Positions 18,571 through 29,591 are shown, counted from the stretch's first letter. The stretch: 59,318 nucleotides of DNA from Fidelibacterota bacterium (GCA_018672235.1 JABHGE010000034.1:1-59318); one strand, 5' to 3'. Numbers and translations are program-made. The notes: generated by a model not told the origin, from the sequence alone.

Positions 18571-20491
18571 AAATTATCTAAAATTTAAAAATAGAATACG
18601 ATTTGTAAGTACTATTCTTATGTTCGTTTGGGCTGTTTTTGTGTACAGATTATTTACAATTCAAATCATAGATAGAGTTGATAATCCACAGGGGATGAAA
18701 GTGGAGATGATTAAGGGTAAAAGAGGTAATATTTTTGATGTGAAAGGAAATAATATTACTCAGAATTTAACTTTTTATAATATCGGAGTACATCCAAGAA
18801 AAATAAGTAATAAAGATATTTTCTTAAGAGATCTATCTGATTGTACGGGTACTGATGTAGGTATTTATTTTTCTAAATTCAATGACGAAAAATCCTATAT
18901 ACAGTTAGAAAAAAAGACAATAGAGAATTGTCAAAAATTGAATTCAAAATATGGTGATGCACTTGTCATAAATCAAGATTATAAAAGATATTATCCTGAA
19001 GAAAACTTATTTGGTCAAATTGTTGGATTTACCAATGTAGATGATGTAGGAATTTCTGGTCTAGAATTTCAATATAATAAGCACTTAGAGCCTGAAGAAG
19101 GATCAAGAGTTTTTAAAAGAAATGGATTTGGTAAACGTATTGCTGATCCTACGTTAGCATATGAAGCGCCTGAAGATGGATCAGATATTTATTTAACTAT
19201 TAATAAAGAATATCAAGCAATTTTAAGAGAAGAATTGATTGATCAAGTAGAAAAAACTGAAGCATCCTCCGCTATGGGAATAATATTAAATCCTCAGACA
19301 GGAGAAATAGTATCTATGGTTAGTGTTCCTGATTTTAACCCTAATAATCCAGAAGACTTTGAATTGGAATATCAAAAAAATAGACTAATTCTAGATACGG
19401 TAGAGCCTGGATCAACTTTTAAGATTGTTACTATTGCAGCAGCTCTTAAGAGTGATATAGATCCAATGGATGAGTACAATGTCGAAGGCCCATATAATTT
19501 TCACGACATAAAAATGATTGAAGATTCTGAACCGCATTCTGTACTTACTGTTAAGGAAATTTTAGCTTATTCAAGCAATATAGGCACAATAAAGATTGCT
19601 GAGTCTTTGGGTCAAAATAAAATTTATAATCAAGCCAAAGAATTTGGTTTTGGATCTAAGACTGGTTTAAATCCGATGAGCGAAGCAAGTGGTATAGTTT
19701 ATGAAACTAAAAAATGGAGCAAATCTTCAATGCATAGTATTCCTTTGGGATATGAAGTTTCTGCTACTCCAATACAGATTGCTATGGCATATGCTGCAAT
19801 CGCAAATGGAGGTTTTTTATTGAAACCATACATGATTAACGAAGTTAAAAAAAGTGATAATACAATTTTAAAAAATGAAAAGAGATCTAAAAAAAGAATC
19901 CTTTCTCAGTCAGATGCAGAAATATTAAAAGACATGTTATTGCATACAGTTGAAAATGGAAGTGGAAAAAAAGCTCGACTATCTGGTTGGGATGTATCTG
20001 GAAAAACAGGGACATCTAAAAAAATTGTGGATGGTCAATATTCAGAATCAGAATTCTTATCTAGTTTTGTAGGATTTTTTCCAAAAGAAAATCCTCAATT
20101 ATTAGCATTAATCATGATTGATGGAGCATCAGTTTCTAGAAATTATCATTGGGGTTCTATGTCAGCAGCGCCTGTATTTAAGTCGGTAATGAAAAGAATT
20201 ATCAATATTGATTCAGAAATAACCAATAATAAATCTAAAAAGGCCACCAAGTCTAAAAAATCTGACCCAATTTTGATTCAAAAAAATGTTAAAAAATCTA
20301 AAGATATTCAAATGGTAGAAATGCCAAATTTATATGGTAAAAGCGTTATGGAAGCATACTCAATTTTAAATAAAACAGGTATCAAGGCTCAATTAACGGG
20401 TAATGGAGTAATAATTTTTCAATCTATATCAGTCGGAAAAGAAATACCTAAAAACTCTATATGTATACTAAAAGCAGATATAGAATCATGA
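18563..20491 (+). CDS. ftsI: peptidoglycan D,D-transpeptidase (class B PBP) with C-terminal PASTA domain
   Basis: N-terminal TM; transpeptidase motifs STFK, SSN and KTGT. The last ~59 aa (MVEMPNLYGKSV...) look like a PASTA domain. Confidence 0.9.
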   Translation: MTKNYLKFKNRIRFVSTILMFVWAVFVYRLFTIQIIDRVDNPQGMKVEMIKGKRGNIFDVKGNNITQNLTFYNIGVHPRKISNKDIFLRDLSDCTGTDVGIYFSKFNDEKSYIQLEKKTIENCQKLNSKYGDALVINQDYKRYYPEENLFGQIVGFTNVDDVGISGLEFQYNKHLEPEEGSRVFKRNGFGKRIADPTLAYEAPEDGSDIYLTINKEYQAILREELIDQVEKTEASSAMGIILNPQTGEIVSMVSVPDFNPNNPEDFELEYQKNRLILDTVEPGSTFKIVTIAAALKSDIDPMDEYNVEGPYNFHDIKMIEDSEPHSVLTVKEILAYSSNIGTIKIAESLGQNKIYNQAKEFGFGSKTGLNPMSEASGIVYETKKWSKSSMHSIPLGYEVSATPIQIAMAYAAIANGGFLLKPYMINEVKKSDNTILKNEKRSKKRILSQSDAEILKDMLLHTVENGSGKKARLSGWDVSGKTGTSKKIVDGQYSESEFLSSFVGFFPKENPQLLALIMIDGASVSRNYHWGSMSAAPVFKSVMKRIINIDSEITNNKSKKATKSKKSDPILIQKNVKKSKDIQMVEMPNLYGKSVMEAYSILNKTGIKAQLTGNGVIIFQSISVGKEIPKNSICILKADIES

Positions 20492-21831
20492 ATTTGAGTA
20501 ATAAAAATATCGGTATTTTAGGATTGGGTGTTAGCGGTTATTCCGCTGCAAAGCTAGCTAGTTCTCTTGGTGCTAATGTTTTTGTATCAGATAGTAAGTC
20601 AGATGTGAATGATTCATATATAAAAGAATTGACAGATATGGGAGTTGATATTGAATTAGGTCTTCACTCTAGAAAAATTCTTAACTCTGAATTGATTATA
20701 AAGTCTCCTGGAATTCCAAGTGATATAGAAATAATTCAAAGCATATTAGATAATAAAACAGAGATTATAAGCGAAATTGAGTTTGCCTATAGGTTGTCAG
20801 ATCTAAAAATTATTGCTATAACAGGTACAAATGGAAAAACTACCACAGTGACATGTCTATATGAGGTTTTAAAGAAAAAATTCAACGTTGTAAAAAGTGG
20901 AAATATTGGTACTCCATTCTCAGAAATTGTCTATAAAGAAAATAAATATAAAACATCAAATACTGATTTCTGCATATTAGAGTTATCAAGTTTTCAGATT
21001 GATGATATTGATACATTTAAACCTGAAATAGCAATGATTTTAAATATTTCGAGAGATCATTTGGATAGATATACAGATTTTATTGATTACTCTAAATCAA
21101 AGATGAATCTTTTTAAAAATATGAAGGATAATGATTTAATAATTTATAATCATGACGATCCTGTGCTATGTGAAGAAGTAGAGAAAAGAGATAGGGTATT
21201 TACAGCTTACTCCTTAGATAAGAATTTTAGCATATTTTACTTAGAAGATAGAATCATAGAATCTGTTCATAGCGAAAAAAATCTACATATAGATGATTGT
21301 AAATTATCAGGAATTCATAATATATCTAATTTTATAGGTATTGCTACTATTGCTTCACATCTAGGATTAGATGATAGAGATATCTTTGAATCATTAAAAA
21401 TATTTAAAGGTTTAGAACATAGATTTGAAACATTTAAAGAAGTTGATGGTGTGAAGTTTATCAACGATTCTAAAGCAACAAATATTGCTTCAGTCAAAGT
21501 TGCTATTGATTCTATAGATAAAAATATTATATTAATAATGGGAGGACTTCCCAAGGAATCAGATTTTTCAGCAATTATAGAGTGCTCTCAATCTATAAAA
21601 TCTATAATTGCTTACGGAAAAGCATCTAATGATATCTATAATTCATTATCTGAATCATGTAAAGTAGTAAAGATTGAAAAATTTGAAGAAGCAATTAATT
21701 CTGCAATTAACTTAGCAGTAAAAGGAGATTCTGTATTGATGTCTCCTGGATGTTCTAGTTATGATCAATTTAAAAATTTTGAAGAAAGAGGCAATTTTTT
21801 TAAAAGTATAGTAGAAAGGCATTATTCATGA
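20488..21831 (+). CDS. murD: UDP-N-acetylmuramoylalanine--D-glutamate ligase
   Basis: GLGVSGYS N-terminal Rossmann motif, ITGTNGKTTT P-loop and GLEHRFE. Start moved to the ATG at 20488, which gives an ATGA overlap with the ftsI stop. Confidence 0.9.
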   Translation: MNLSNKNIGILGLGVSGYSAAKLASSLGANVFVSDSKSDVNDSYIKELTDMGVDIELGLHSRKILNSELIIKSPGIPSDIEIIQSILDNKTEIISEIEFAYRLSDLKIIAITGTNGKTTTVTCLYEVLKKKFNVVKSGNIGTPFSEIVYKENKYKTSNTDFCILELSSFQIDDIDTFKPEIAMILNISRDHLDRYTDFIDYSKSKMNLFKNMKDNDLIIYNHDDPVLCEEVEKRDRVFTAYSLDKNFSIFYLEDRIIESVHSEKNLHIDDCKLSGIHNISNFIGIATIASHLGLDDRDIFESLKIFKGLEHRFETFKEVDGVKFINDSKATNIASVKVAIDSIDKNIILIMGGLPKESDFSAIIECSQSIKSIIAYGKASNDIYNSLSESCKVVKIEKFEEAINSAINLAVKGDSVLMSPGCSSYDQFKNFEERGNFFKSIVERHYS

Positions 21832-22961
21832 ATATTAAAGAAAGAAAACAAGATAGATGGTTGTTAGGCACGGTGATAGTGTTAGTTATTTTTGGTTTAT
21901 CAATTTTATTTAGTGCTAGTTGGATAAAATCCCTCGAAGTAACTGATGGAGTTTCACGTATGTATTTTTTGAAGAATCAATTATTTAAATTCATTCCAGG
22001 TTTATTTGTATTTTTTGTTGCATCTCATTTGAACTATAGAAAACTACAATATTTATCCCCTGTTTTAATGATAGGATCATTTTTGCTGTTAATATATACT
22101 CAAGTCCAAGGATGTAATGGAGACTCTTGTAGATGGCTATCTATTGGCCCAATTTCTTTTCAGACATCTGATTTAGCAAGATTTTCAGTAATTTTATTTT
22201 TAGCTGACTACATAGATAGAAATTATAAATATATGAATCAATTTGTTAAGGGAATCTTAATACCGTTATGTTGGATTTTACCTATTTGCTTAATGATTAT
22301 TATTCAGCCTGATAACTCTACCACCTTAATTTTGCTGTCTATTGTATTTATCCTGCTCTTTATTGGTGGCGTATCATTGCCACAAATAGGTACTGTAGGT
22401 GTATTATCTGTAGGAGCAATTGGAATTTTTATACTAAATAGTAAAAATTATGCATTAGGTAGAATACTATCATTTCTTGATCCTAGTTCTTCAGCTAGCG
22501 TAGGATATCAATCTAGTCAAGCATTGATTGGGTTGAGACAGGGAGGTATTTCAGGAATGGGTATTGGCGAAAGCATACAAAAACATTCTTATTTACCAGA
22601 GACTCATACTGACTTTATTTTTGCTATTATTGGGGAAGAGTTAGGTTTTATAGCAGGTTTTATAGTAATGATGGCTTATGGAATAATTTTATTTAGAGCT
22701 ATTCAAATTTCTAAAAAATCAAATGATATTTTTGGTATTATTCTCTCTATTGGTTTCGGATTAAGTATCACATTTTATGCATTAATAAATATTGGAGTAG
22801 TCATCGGGATTATACCGGTTACAGGTGTTCCACTCCCGTTTGTTAGCTATGGAGGCTCTTCATTGATTATCAATCTATTAATGGTAGCAATTCTATTAAA
22901 CATCAGTAAAGCACAAAGAAAATTTAAAGTTAAAAAATGGAGACTCCGAGTCGATGGATAA
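21828..22961 (+). CDS. ftsW: SEDS-family peptidoglycan glycosyltransferase FtsW
   Basis: Polytopic membrane protein with PETHTDFIF and PFVSYGGSS motifs. dcw position. Confidence 0.9.
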   Translation: MNIKERKQDRWLLGTVIVLVIFGLSILFSASWIKSLEVTDGVSRMYFLKNQLFKFIPGLFVFFVASHLNYRKLQYLSPVLMIGSFLLLIYTQVQGCNGDSCRWLSIGPISFQTSDLARFSVILFLADYIDRNYKYMNQFVKGILIPLCWILPICLMIIIQPDNSTTLILLSIVFILLFIGGVSLPQIGTVGVLSVGAIGIFILNSKNYALGRILSFLDPSSSASVGYQSSQALIGLRQGGISGMGIGESIQKHSYLPETHTDFIFAIIGEELGFIAGFIVMMAYGIILFRAIQISKKSNDIFGIILSIGFGLSITFYALINIGVVIGIIPVTGVPLPFVSYGGSSLIINLLMVAILLNISKAQRKFKVKKWRLRVDG

Positions 22962-24039
22962 ATATAGAATTATCTTTTGCGGAGGAGGAACTGGAGGGCA
23001 TTATTATCCATTAATGGCTATCAAGAATAAACTTGAAAAAAAAGTAGAGAATAAAAATTTATACTATATTGGATCAAAATATGGAATTGAGTCTAAGAAA
23101 ATTTATTCAGAAAATATCCAGAGTCTTCTCATCCCAATCAAAGGTTTTAATAGATCTTTTTCATTGTATGCAATATCAAGAAATTTCTTATTATTATTTC
23201 AATTATTTTTTGGTTTAATTAGAGTGAGTTTTTTCTTTGTAAAAAATAAACCAAATTTAGTAATTGCAACAGGTGGATATGCCTCATTTATACCTCTTCA
23301 GATAGCTAAAATATTCAGAGTGCCCTATTTTTTGCATGAACAAAATTCATTTCCAGGATTGGTCACTAGAATATTTGGATCCAGTGCAAAAAAAGTATTC
23401 CTTGGTTTTGAGAATGCAAAAAACTATTTAAAAACTAGCGACACTTTATTTACAGGGAATCCCATTTATAGTCATAATCGTAAAGATATGTCTCTATCCT
23501 TAGATAGTGATAAAAAAACTTTATTGGTGCTCGGCGGAAGTCAAGGTTCAGTATTTTTAAATAAAATTATTTCAGAATCTATTGATAATAAAATGTTAGA
23601 TAGAATTAACATTCTTTGGATTGTAGGTATTAATAATTATGAAAAATATAAGCATTATAATACTAAATCAATTAAAGTCCTTTCTTTCGTTGATAATATG
23701 CCATATTTATACAGTTTATGCGATTTAATAGTTTCAAGATCTGGTGCTATGACAGTATCTGAAATATTAGAGTTTAAAAAACCTTCAATCCTTATACCTT
23801 TCAAGTTCTCAGCAGAGAATCATCAAGTTTTTAATGCTAAATATTTAGAAGAAAATTTTGCAGCACTATTAATTCAAGAAAAAGATATATCTATGTCGTT
23901 ATTATCAAATAAGATCAATCAAATTTGTGAAAATGATAGAATATATAAGTCAATGAAAGAAAGTATTGAGAAAATAGATAATCCAGATTCAATCAATATC
24001 ATAGATACTACAATCATGGAGCATATGCATGTTATCTAG
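22954..24039 (+). CDS. murG: UDP-GlcNAc:lipid I GlcNAc transferase
   Basis: GGGTGGH N-terminal motif, GGSQGS, and RSGAMTVSE. Confidence 0.9.
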   Translation: MDKYRIIFCGGGTGGHYYPLMAIKNKLEKKVENKNLYYIGSKYGIESKKIYSENIQSLLIPIKGFNRSFSLYAISRNFLLLFQLFFGLIRVSFFFVKNKPNLVIATGGYASFIPLQIAKIFRVPYFLHEQNSFPGLVTRIFGSSAKKVFLGFENAKNYLKTSDTLFTGNPIYSHNRKDMSLSLDSDKKTLLVLGGSQGSVFLNKIISESIDNKMLDRINILWIVGINNYEKYKHYNTKSIKVLSFVDNMPYLYSLCDLIVSRSGAMTVSEILEFKKPSILIPFKFSAENHQVFNAKYLEENFAALLIQEKDISMSLLSNKINQICENDRIYKSMKESIEKIDNPDSINIIDTTIMEHMHVI

Positions 24040-25396
24040 CATAAAAAGAATTCATTTTATTGGTATAGGCGGCATAGGAATGAGTGGAATCGCTGAGCTA
24101 TTGCATAATCAAGATTTTATAATTACAGGTTCAGATTTGTCTGAATCACAAAATATTGATAGGCTTAGAAAATTAGATATTTTTATATCAATTGGACATG
24201 ATAAGAAAAATATAGCAACAACCGAAATTGTAGTCTATTCTGATGCCATTCCTCATAATAATGTTGAATTAATTGAGGCAAAAGATAAAAATATTAAATG
24301 TTATTCTAGAGCAAAAATGATATCACAGCTTGCGAAATTAAAAAGCTCTACAGTAGGAATTTCTGGTACACATGGAAAGACCACCACTACATCTATGATT
24401 GGTTCAATATTAAAGGATTCTAATTTAGATCCCACGATTATTGTAGGCGGCGTAGTTAAATCAATCAATACCAATTCTGTATTAGGTTCTGGAGATACAT
24501 TTGTAGTAGAAGCAGATGAGTTTAATAGAACTTTTTTAGAGCTTTCTCCTACTATAGCAGTAATTAATAATATCGATCTTGAGCATATTGATTGTTATGA
24601 TAGCTTAGAGGATTTAAAAGATGCCTTTACTCATTTTGCTAATTCAGTACCTTTTTATGGGATGGTTAGTGTTTGTAAAGATTCTCAAAATGCTGCATCT
24701 ATCATACCGTTAATTGATAAGCCAATTGTTACTTATGGAATAGAATCTGATAACGTTGATTTTAAAGCTATAAATATCATACATGACAATGGCACTGTTG
24801 CATTTGACCTCATCTATGAAAACAAGAGCTATGCATTTTCAATGATTATTCCAGGCTCCTATAATATTTTAAATGCTTTAGCAGCTATATCTGTATGTAA
24901 AACTATGGGTTTATCGATACAAAGAATCAGTGAAAGTTTAAAAAGTTTTTCAGGCGTGAAAAGAAGATTTGATATTAAGGTTCATAGTGAAAAATTAACT
25001 ATTATTGATGATTATGCTCATCATCCAGTAGAAGTATTTAGTGTTATCAAAGCAGTAAAGAGTAATTGGAGTAGAAGATTGGTAGTAATTTTTCAGCCAC
25101 ATCTCTATTCTAGGACTAAAGAATTTTATAAAGATTTTGCAGAATCCCTTTTAGGCGCTGATGTGGTCTTTATTACTGAAATTTTTGCTTCAAGAGAAAA
25201 ATTAGATATCTCTATTACCTCAAGGAATATTAGCAATCATCTTAAAAAGCTTGAACATAAAAATGTATTTGATACTACTACTGATTCTGTAATTGAAGAT
25301 ATCAAAAATTATTACAATGAAGGTGACATTATTTTGACTGTTGGAGCTGGTAATATTTGGAGATACGCAGATAAATTAACTGAGAATATCCAATGA
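24029..25396 (+). CDS. murC: UDP-N-acetylmuramate--L-alanine ligase
   Basis: HFIGIGGIGMSGIAELL, GTHGKTTTTSM and DDYAHHP motifs. Confidence 0.92.
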   Translation: MLSSIKRIHFIGIGGIGMSGIAELLHNQDFIITGSDLSESQNIDRLRKLDIFISIGHDKKNIATTEIVVYSDAIPHNNVELIEAKDKNIKCYSRAKMISQLAKLKSSTVGISGTHGKTTTTSMIGSILKDSNLDPTIIVGGVVKSINTNSVLGSGDTFVVEADEFNRTFLELSPTIAVINNIDLEHIDCYDSLEDLKDAFTHFANSVPFYGMVSVCKDSQNAASIIPLIDKPIVTYGIESDNVDFKAINIIHDNGTVAFDLIYENKSYAFSMIIPGSYNILNALAAISVCKTMGLSIQRISESLKSFSGVKRRFDIKVHSEKLTIIDDYAHHPVEVFSVIKAVKSNWSRRLVVIFQPHLYSRTKEFYKDFAESLLGADVVFITEIFASREKLDISITSRNISNHLKKLEHKNVFDTTTDSVIEDIKNYYNEGDIILTVGAGNIWRYADKLTENIQ

Positions 25397-26322
25397 TTGA
25401 TATGCTAAAGAAAGAGATTGTAGATACAACCAATGCAACTATCTCTGTGGATGAGCCAATGAAGAAGCATACTACGTATGGGATTGGAGGTCCAGCAGAA
25501 TTATTTGTTTTGCCTTCAGATAAGAATGACCTCATCAGTATTGTTCAGTTAAGCAAAAAGTACAAACAGACTGTGACTATTATAGGCTCAGGATCAAATT
25601 TATTAATAAGCGATAATGGTATTAAAGGCGTTGTGATATCTATTAAACATTGCTTAAGAACAATCAATGTCGATATAGATAAGATTTATGTAGAGTGTGG
25701 GACTATGTTAGGTAAGATAGTAAAAGAGTCCATGAAACATGACTTAAAAGGATTGGAGAACCTTATTGGGGTTCCAGGAACTCTTGGTGGCGCATTAATG
25801 ATGAACGCAGGTGCTTGGGGTGGAGAGGTTTCTGAAAATTTAGAAAGCGTAGAATTATTAAATGATAAAAATGAAATTGAAATACTATCTAAATCAGATA
25901 TTGATTTTTCTTATAGGTCATCTTCTTTTGGTAATGATATAATTTTGTTGTCAGCAATATTCAAGCTCAAAAAATCAGATAAAAAAATAATTCAAGATAA
26001 TTTTGATTTAGCAAAATCGGGAAGAAAGAATACACAACCACTAAATTATCGATCTGCTGGTAGTGTATTTAAAAATCCTTCTAGCAAGCATTCCGCTGGT
26101 ATGTTGATAGATCAATCAGGTTTGAAAGGATTTTCAGTAGGAGATGCTAAGATTTCTAATAAGCATGCCAACTTTTTTTTGAATACAGGAGATGCAAAAG
26201 CTGACGATATGATATCTCTAATCAAGCAGGCAAAGGATGCTGTAAAAGATCAATTTAATATTCAGTTAGATTTAGAAGTGAGATTACTAGGATTTAATTC
26301 TGAGGAGATTAGTGAATTATGA
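25393..26322 (+). CDS. murB: UDP-N-acetylenolpyruvoylglucosamine reductase
   Basis: FAD-binding GSGSNLL, AGSVFKNP and NHANFF motifs. Confidence 0.9.
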   Translation: MIDMLKKEIVDTTNATISVDEPMKKHTTYGIGGPAELFVLPSDKNDLISIVQLSKKYKQTVTIIGSGSNLLISDNGIKGVVISIKHCLRTINVDIDKIYVECGTMLGKIVKESMKHDLKGLENLIGVPGTLGGALMMNAGAWGGEVSENLESVELLNDKNEIEILSKSDIDFSYRSSSFGNDIILLSAIFKLKKSDKKIIQDNFDLAKSGRKNTQPLNYRSAGSVFKNPSSKHSAGMLIDQSGLKGFSVGDAKISNKHANFFLNTGDAKADDMISLIKQAKDAVKDQFNIQLDLEVRLLGFNSEEISEL

Positions 26323-27071
26323 ATAAAAATTTTATAAAGATTTTTGATTCTATTAGTCAGCCATTCTTCTGTCTATTACTTGTAGTAGCTTCTCTTTTTA
26401 TTTCTATTAAATGGGCACAATTCAATGAAATATTTATTGTAAAAAATGTAAAAATTGAAGGTATAAATTATTTTGACGATACTATGTTAGTAGAATACAA
26501 GGCAAATATAGAGAATCAAAATATTTTCTTTTCAGATTTAAGAAATTATAAAAATAGTATAGAGTCATTAGATCATATAAAAGGCTGTAAAATATCACGA
26601 GTATTTCCTAAAACTGTAAAAATAGAAGTCTATGAAAGAGAGCCATTGGCTATGATTAGCTCTAACGATTTAATTATTCTTGATTCCGAGGGAATATGTC
26701 TTCCTGTTGAATATTGTGAGATTTCACTACCTATATTATCAAATTTCAAAAATAATCAAGAGCTATATGAGAAAGGTAAGAAAACCAAATCATCTAATGT
26801 TTTGAAATCCATTGATGTTATTAAATACTCAAAAGATACCTTCGATTCTTTGTATGATAATATGTCTGAATTTATTTTTAACGAAGATAGTGAATATGAG
26901 ATTATTCTAAAAAACGGCAGAACAAAAATTTTATTGGGCTCTAGTAATATTTTTACAAAGATAGATTACTTAAGTGCATTTTCAGATGTATTGCCAGAAG
27001 AAAAAACATTAGAGAGTTATAGGTATATAGATTTAAGGTATAAGAGCCAGATAGTGGTGAACGAAATATAA
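26319..27071 (+). CDS. ftsQ: cell division protein FtsQ (POTRA domain)
   Basis: N-terminal TM, a POTRA-like I..V.I.G segment, and the KIEVYEREPLA motif. Lies between murB and ftsA. Confidence 0.75.
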   Translation: MNKNFIKIFDSISQPFFCLLLVVASLFISIKWAQFNEIFIVKNVKIEGINYFDDTMLVEYKANIENQNIFFSDLRNYKNSIESLDHIKGCKISRVFPKTVKIEVYEREPLAMISSNDLIILDSEGICLPVEYCEISLPILSNFKNNQELYEKGKKTKSSNVLKSIDVIKYSKDTFDSLYDNMSEFIFNEDSEYEIILKNGRTKILLGSSNIFTKIDYLSAFSDVLPEEKTLESYRYIDLRYKSQIVVNEI

Positions 27072-28312
27072 TGAAAAATAGAATACAAGTAGCTTTTGAC
27101 TTAGGATCTTTTAGTATTAAAGGAGCTGTTGGAAGAATAATAAATGATGATCAAATAGAAATTTTATCTATTCGATCTATACAAACAGATAGTATCAGAA
27201 ATGGAGATATTGTAGACAAAGAGGCGCTACTTCATGGTTTGGAATATTTAATCGAAAAAATGGAAAAAGATGCTAAAATTAATATCGATGACGACGCATG
27301 GGTTTCAGTATCTGGAAAAAATATTAAATCAATTAATTCATCAACACGGATTAGATCAAAAGATAATTCTGAATTTGAGGTGAATGATAGTACAAAACAA
27401 AAATTACTAACTCAATGTTCTGATATTCAAGTTTCTTCTGATAGATATGTATTACATAATCTAGAAAGAGGATTTTTTATAGATGGTTCATCGCTCATAC
27501 GTAATCCTCTTGGGATGATAGGTAAGTCTATTGATGCGAAATCACATGTAATTCATATTAAAAATTTCAATTTATCACAAATCGATCATTGTTTTAGCGA
27601 TGATTTGAGTATTGAAGTGAATCCTGTATTTGACGGCTTGGCAGCGGCGTCTGCAAATCTTAATAAGGATGATCAAGATTTAGGTGTCATGTTTATAGAT
27701 GTAGGTGCAGATAAGACCAATATGTTATTATATAAAGATAATTATTTAATTCATTCTAAAGTGATTCCATTGGGTTCAAAATCTGTTACAAAAGACATAG
27801 CTGCTTATCTTCAAACATCTATAAAGCAGGCAGAAAAAATTAAACATGAACATGTTTCTGCATTGTCAGATTTTGCAGATGCTGAATCTAATTTTGAACT
27901 ATCTATACAGAACGATGACCTAACAAAGAGTATAAATAAACAAGAGATATCTAAAATTGCTGAATTAAGATATGAAGATATTATCGACCAAATAAAATCT
28001 GAGATGAAATTATTGCGTATTGATGTTGCAGATATAAGATCAGGTATCAAGATTACAGGCGGCGGATCTAACGTAAAAAATTTAGATTTATTATTTAAAA
28101 AACATTTTGAAGATACAAAATGCGAGTATCTACCAATAAGTAATATTGTGTTTAAAGAAAACCTAGAAGACAGAAGAGAGCTTTCCACTTTGATTGGCCT
28201 ACTATCTTGGCCAATATTTAACGTTGAAGATAGTAGTCCAACTGTTGGAATTAAAAATTTTGAATCAATTACAAAGAGCATTTCCAGTGTATGGAAAGGG
28301 TTTTTTGAGTAA
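27071..28312 (+). CDS. ftsA: cell division protein FtsA
   Basis: Actin-like ATPase pattern (VAFDLGSFSIKG, FIDVGADKTN, ITGGGS). Immediately upstream of ftsZ. Confidence 0.85.
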   Translation: MKNRIQVAFDLGSFSIKGAVGRIINDDQIEILSIRSIQTDSIRNGDIVDKEALLHGLEYLIEKMEKDAKINIDDDAWVSVSGKNIKSINSSTRIRSKDNSEFEVNDSTKQKLLTQCSDIQVSSDRYVLHNLERGFFIDGSSLIRNPLGMIGKSIDAKSHVIHIKNFNLSQIDHCFSDDLSIEVNPVFDGLAAASANLNKDDQDLGVMFIDVGADKTNMLLYKDNYLIHSKVIPLGSKSVTKDIAAYLQTSIKQAEKIKHEHVSALSDFADAESNFELSIQNDDLTKSINKQEISKIAELRYEDIIDQIKSEMKLLRIDVADIRSGIKITGGGSNVKNLDLLFKKHFEDTKCEYLPISNIVFKENLEDRRELSTLIGLLSWPIFNVEDSSPTVGIKNFESITKSISSVWKGFFE

Positions 28313-28335
28313 AAAAATATAAAAAGGAGATTAGT

Positions 28336-29535
28336 ATGTTATTTGAATTTGATGAGTTAGCAAGCCAAAGGGCGAGGATTAAGGTACTTGGAATTGGAGG
28401 TGCTGGAGGAAATGCAATAAATAGAATGATTACTTCAGGTATGGACGGAGTAGAATTTATTGCCATTAATACAGATGCTCAAGATTTGGGAAGCAATCCA
28501 GCGGAAACAAAACTTCAGATTGGAAAAGATCTTACGAAAGGATTGGGTGCAGGAGCAAAACCTGATATTGGAAGAAAAGCTATTATGCATGATAAAGATG
28601 CTGTTGCTTCATTGGTTGCGGGAGCAGATTTAGTATTTGTTACTGCAGGAATGGGTGGTGGAACTGGTACAGGAGCAGCTCCAGTTGTAGCAAAAGTATG
28701 CAAAGATTTAGGTATCCTAACCGTATGTATTGTTACTCTACCGTTTACGTTTGAAGGTTCAAAAAAAATGGAATCAGCACTCAAAGGCGTTGCTTCAATG
28801 AGAAATTTCTGCGATACATTAATTATCGTTCCGAATCAGAAATTATTATCTGTTGTTGATAACGCTACAACATTTGAGGACGGATTTAAAGAGTCGGATG
28901 CGATATTGTTGCAAGCAGCTAAAAGTATATCAGATCTAATTAATAAACAGGGAAATGTAAATATTGATTTCGCTGATGTAGAATCGGTAATGAGTGGTAT
29001 GGGTGATGCTGTAATAGGCGCAGGAACTGCAAGAGGAGAAGAAAGAGCGGTATTAGCTGCTCAACAAGCTATTTGTAGTCCTTTGTTAGACTCTCAGTCA
29101 ATCAGTGGAGCTAAGGCAGTATTAGTAAATATAACCGGAAATAAAAAAATGACTTTGCTCGAAGTTGATGCCGCGATGAAACTTATCCATGAAGAAGCAG
29201 GTCAAGGCGTAAAAGTTATCTTTGGAGTTCGCGTTGATGAAAATATGGAAGATGAGCTTCAAGTTACTGTTATTGCAACAGGGTTCAATCGTAAACCAAT
29301 TGAAGAAAAAGAAATGTTAAAAGAAAGAATGTCTCATAGCTCTGATAGAAAAAGTGAAGAGCTTATGGATACTCCAAATACAACATTATATCAAAAAAAC
29401 AATCCAGAAGGATTTGAATTTGATGACTCTGTAAGAGATGAAGATGATGGAAGTGATGGACCTACTTTAGTATTTGATGATTTTGATCAAAGCCAAGACT
29501 TAGAGGTCCCTGCTTATATAAGAAAACAAAGATAA
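28336..29535 (+). CDS. ftsZ: cell division protein FtsZ
   Basis: Tubulin signature GGGTGTGAAPV, NTDAQDL, and the conserved C-terminal peptide DLEVPAYIRKQ. Confidence 0.97.
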   Translation: MLFEFDELASQRARIKVLGIGGAGGNAINRMITSGMDGVEFIAINTDAQDLGSNPAETKLQIGKDLTKGLGAGAKPDIGRKAIMHDKDAVASLVAGADLVFVTAGMGGGTGTGAAPVVAKVCKDLGILTVCIVTLPFTFEGSKKMESALKGVASMRNFCDTLIIVPNQKLLSVVDNATTFEDGFKESDAILLQAAKSISDLINKQGNVNIDFADVESVMSGMGDAVIGAGTARGEERAVLAAQQAICSPLLDSQSISGAKAVLVNITGNKKMTLLEVDAAMKLIHEEAGQGVKVIFGVRVDENMEDELQVTVIATGFNRKPIEEKEMLKERMSHSSDRKSEELMDTPNTTLYQKNNPEGFEFDDSVRDEDDGSDGPTLVFDDFDQSQDLEVPAYIRKQR

Positions 29536-29561
29536 TTTGGTTGGCTACCAATAAACGAGAT

Positions 29562-29591
29562 GGCTCCCAACTAATCCTTAGTTTGGGAGCC
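29562..29591 (+). terminator. stem-loop after ftsZ (putative terminator of the dcw operon)
   Basis: GGCTCCCAACTAA-TCC-TTAGTTTGGGAGCC: a 13-14 bp stem with one bulge, GC-rich against the AT-rich background. No clean T-tract follows. Confidence 0.5.

Noticed and set aside
27811-28281. 156-aa antisense ORF inside ftsA. Similar antisense ORFs sit inside sucC (7505-7942), aconitase (13709-14116, 14594-14902), the carboxyltransferase (44896-45222), the polyprenyl synthase (713-1030) and elsewhere.
   Set aside because: All are embedded opposite strongly recognisable conserved genes and have Ser/Ile/Leu/Pro-rich shadow-frame composition. I treat them as non-coding.
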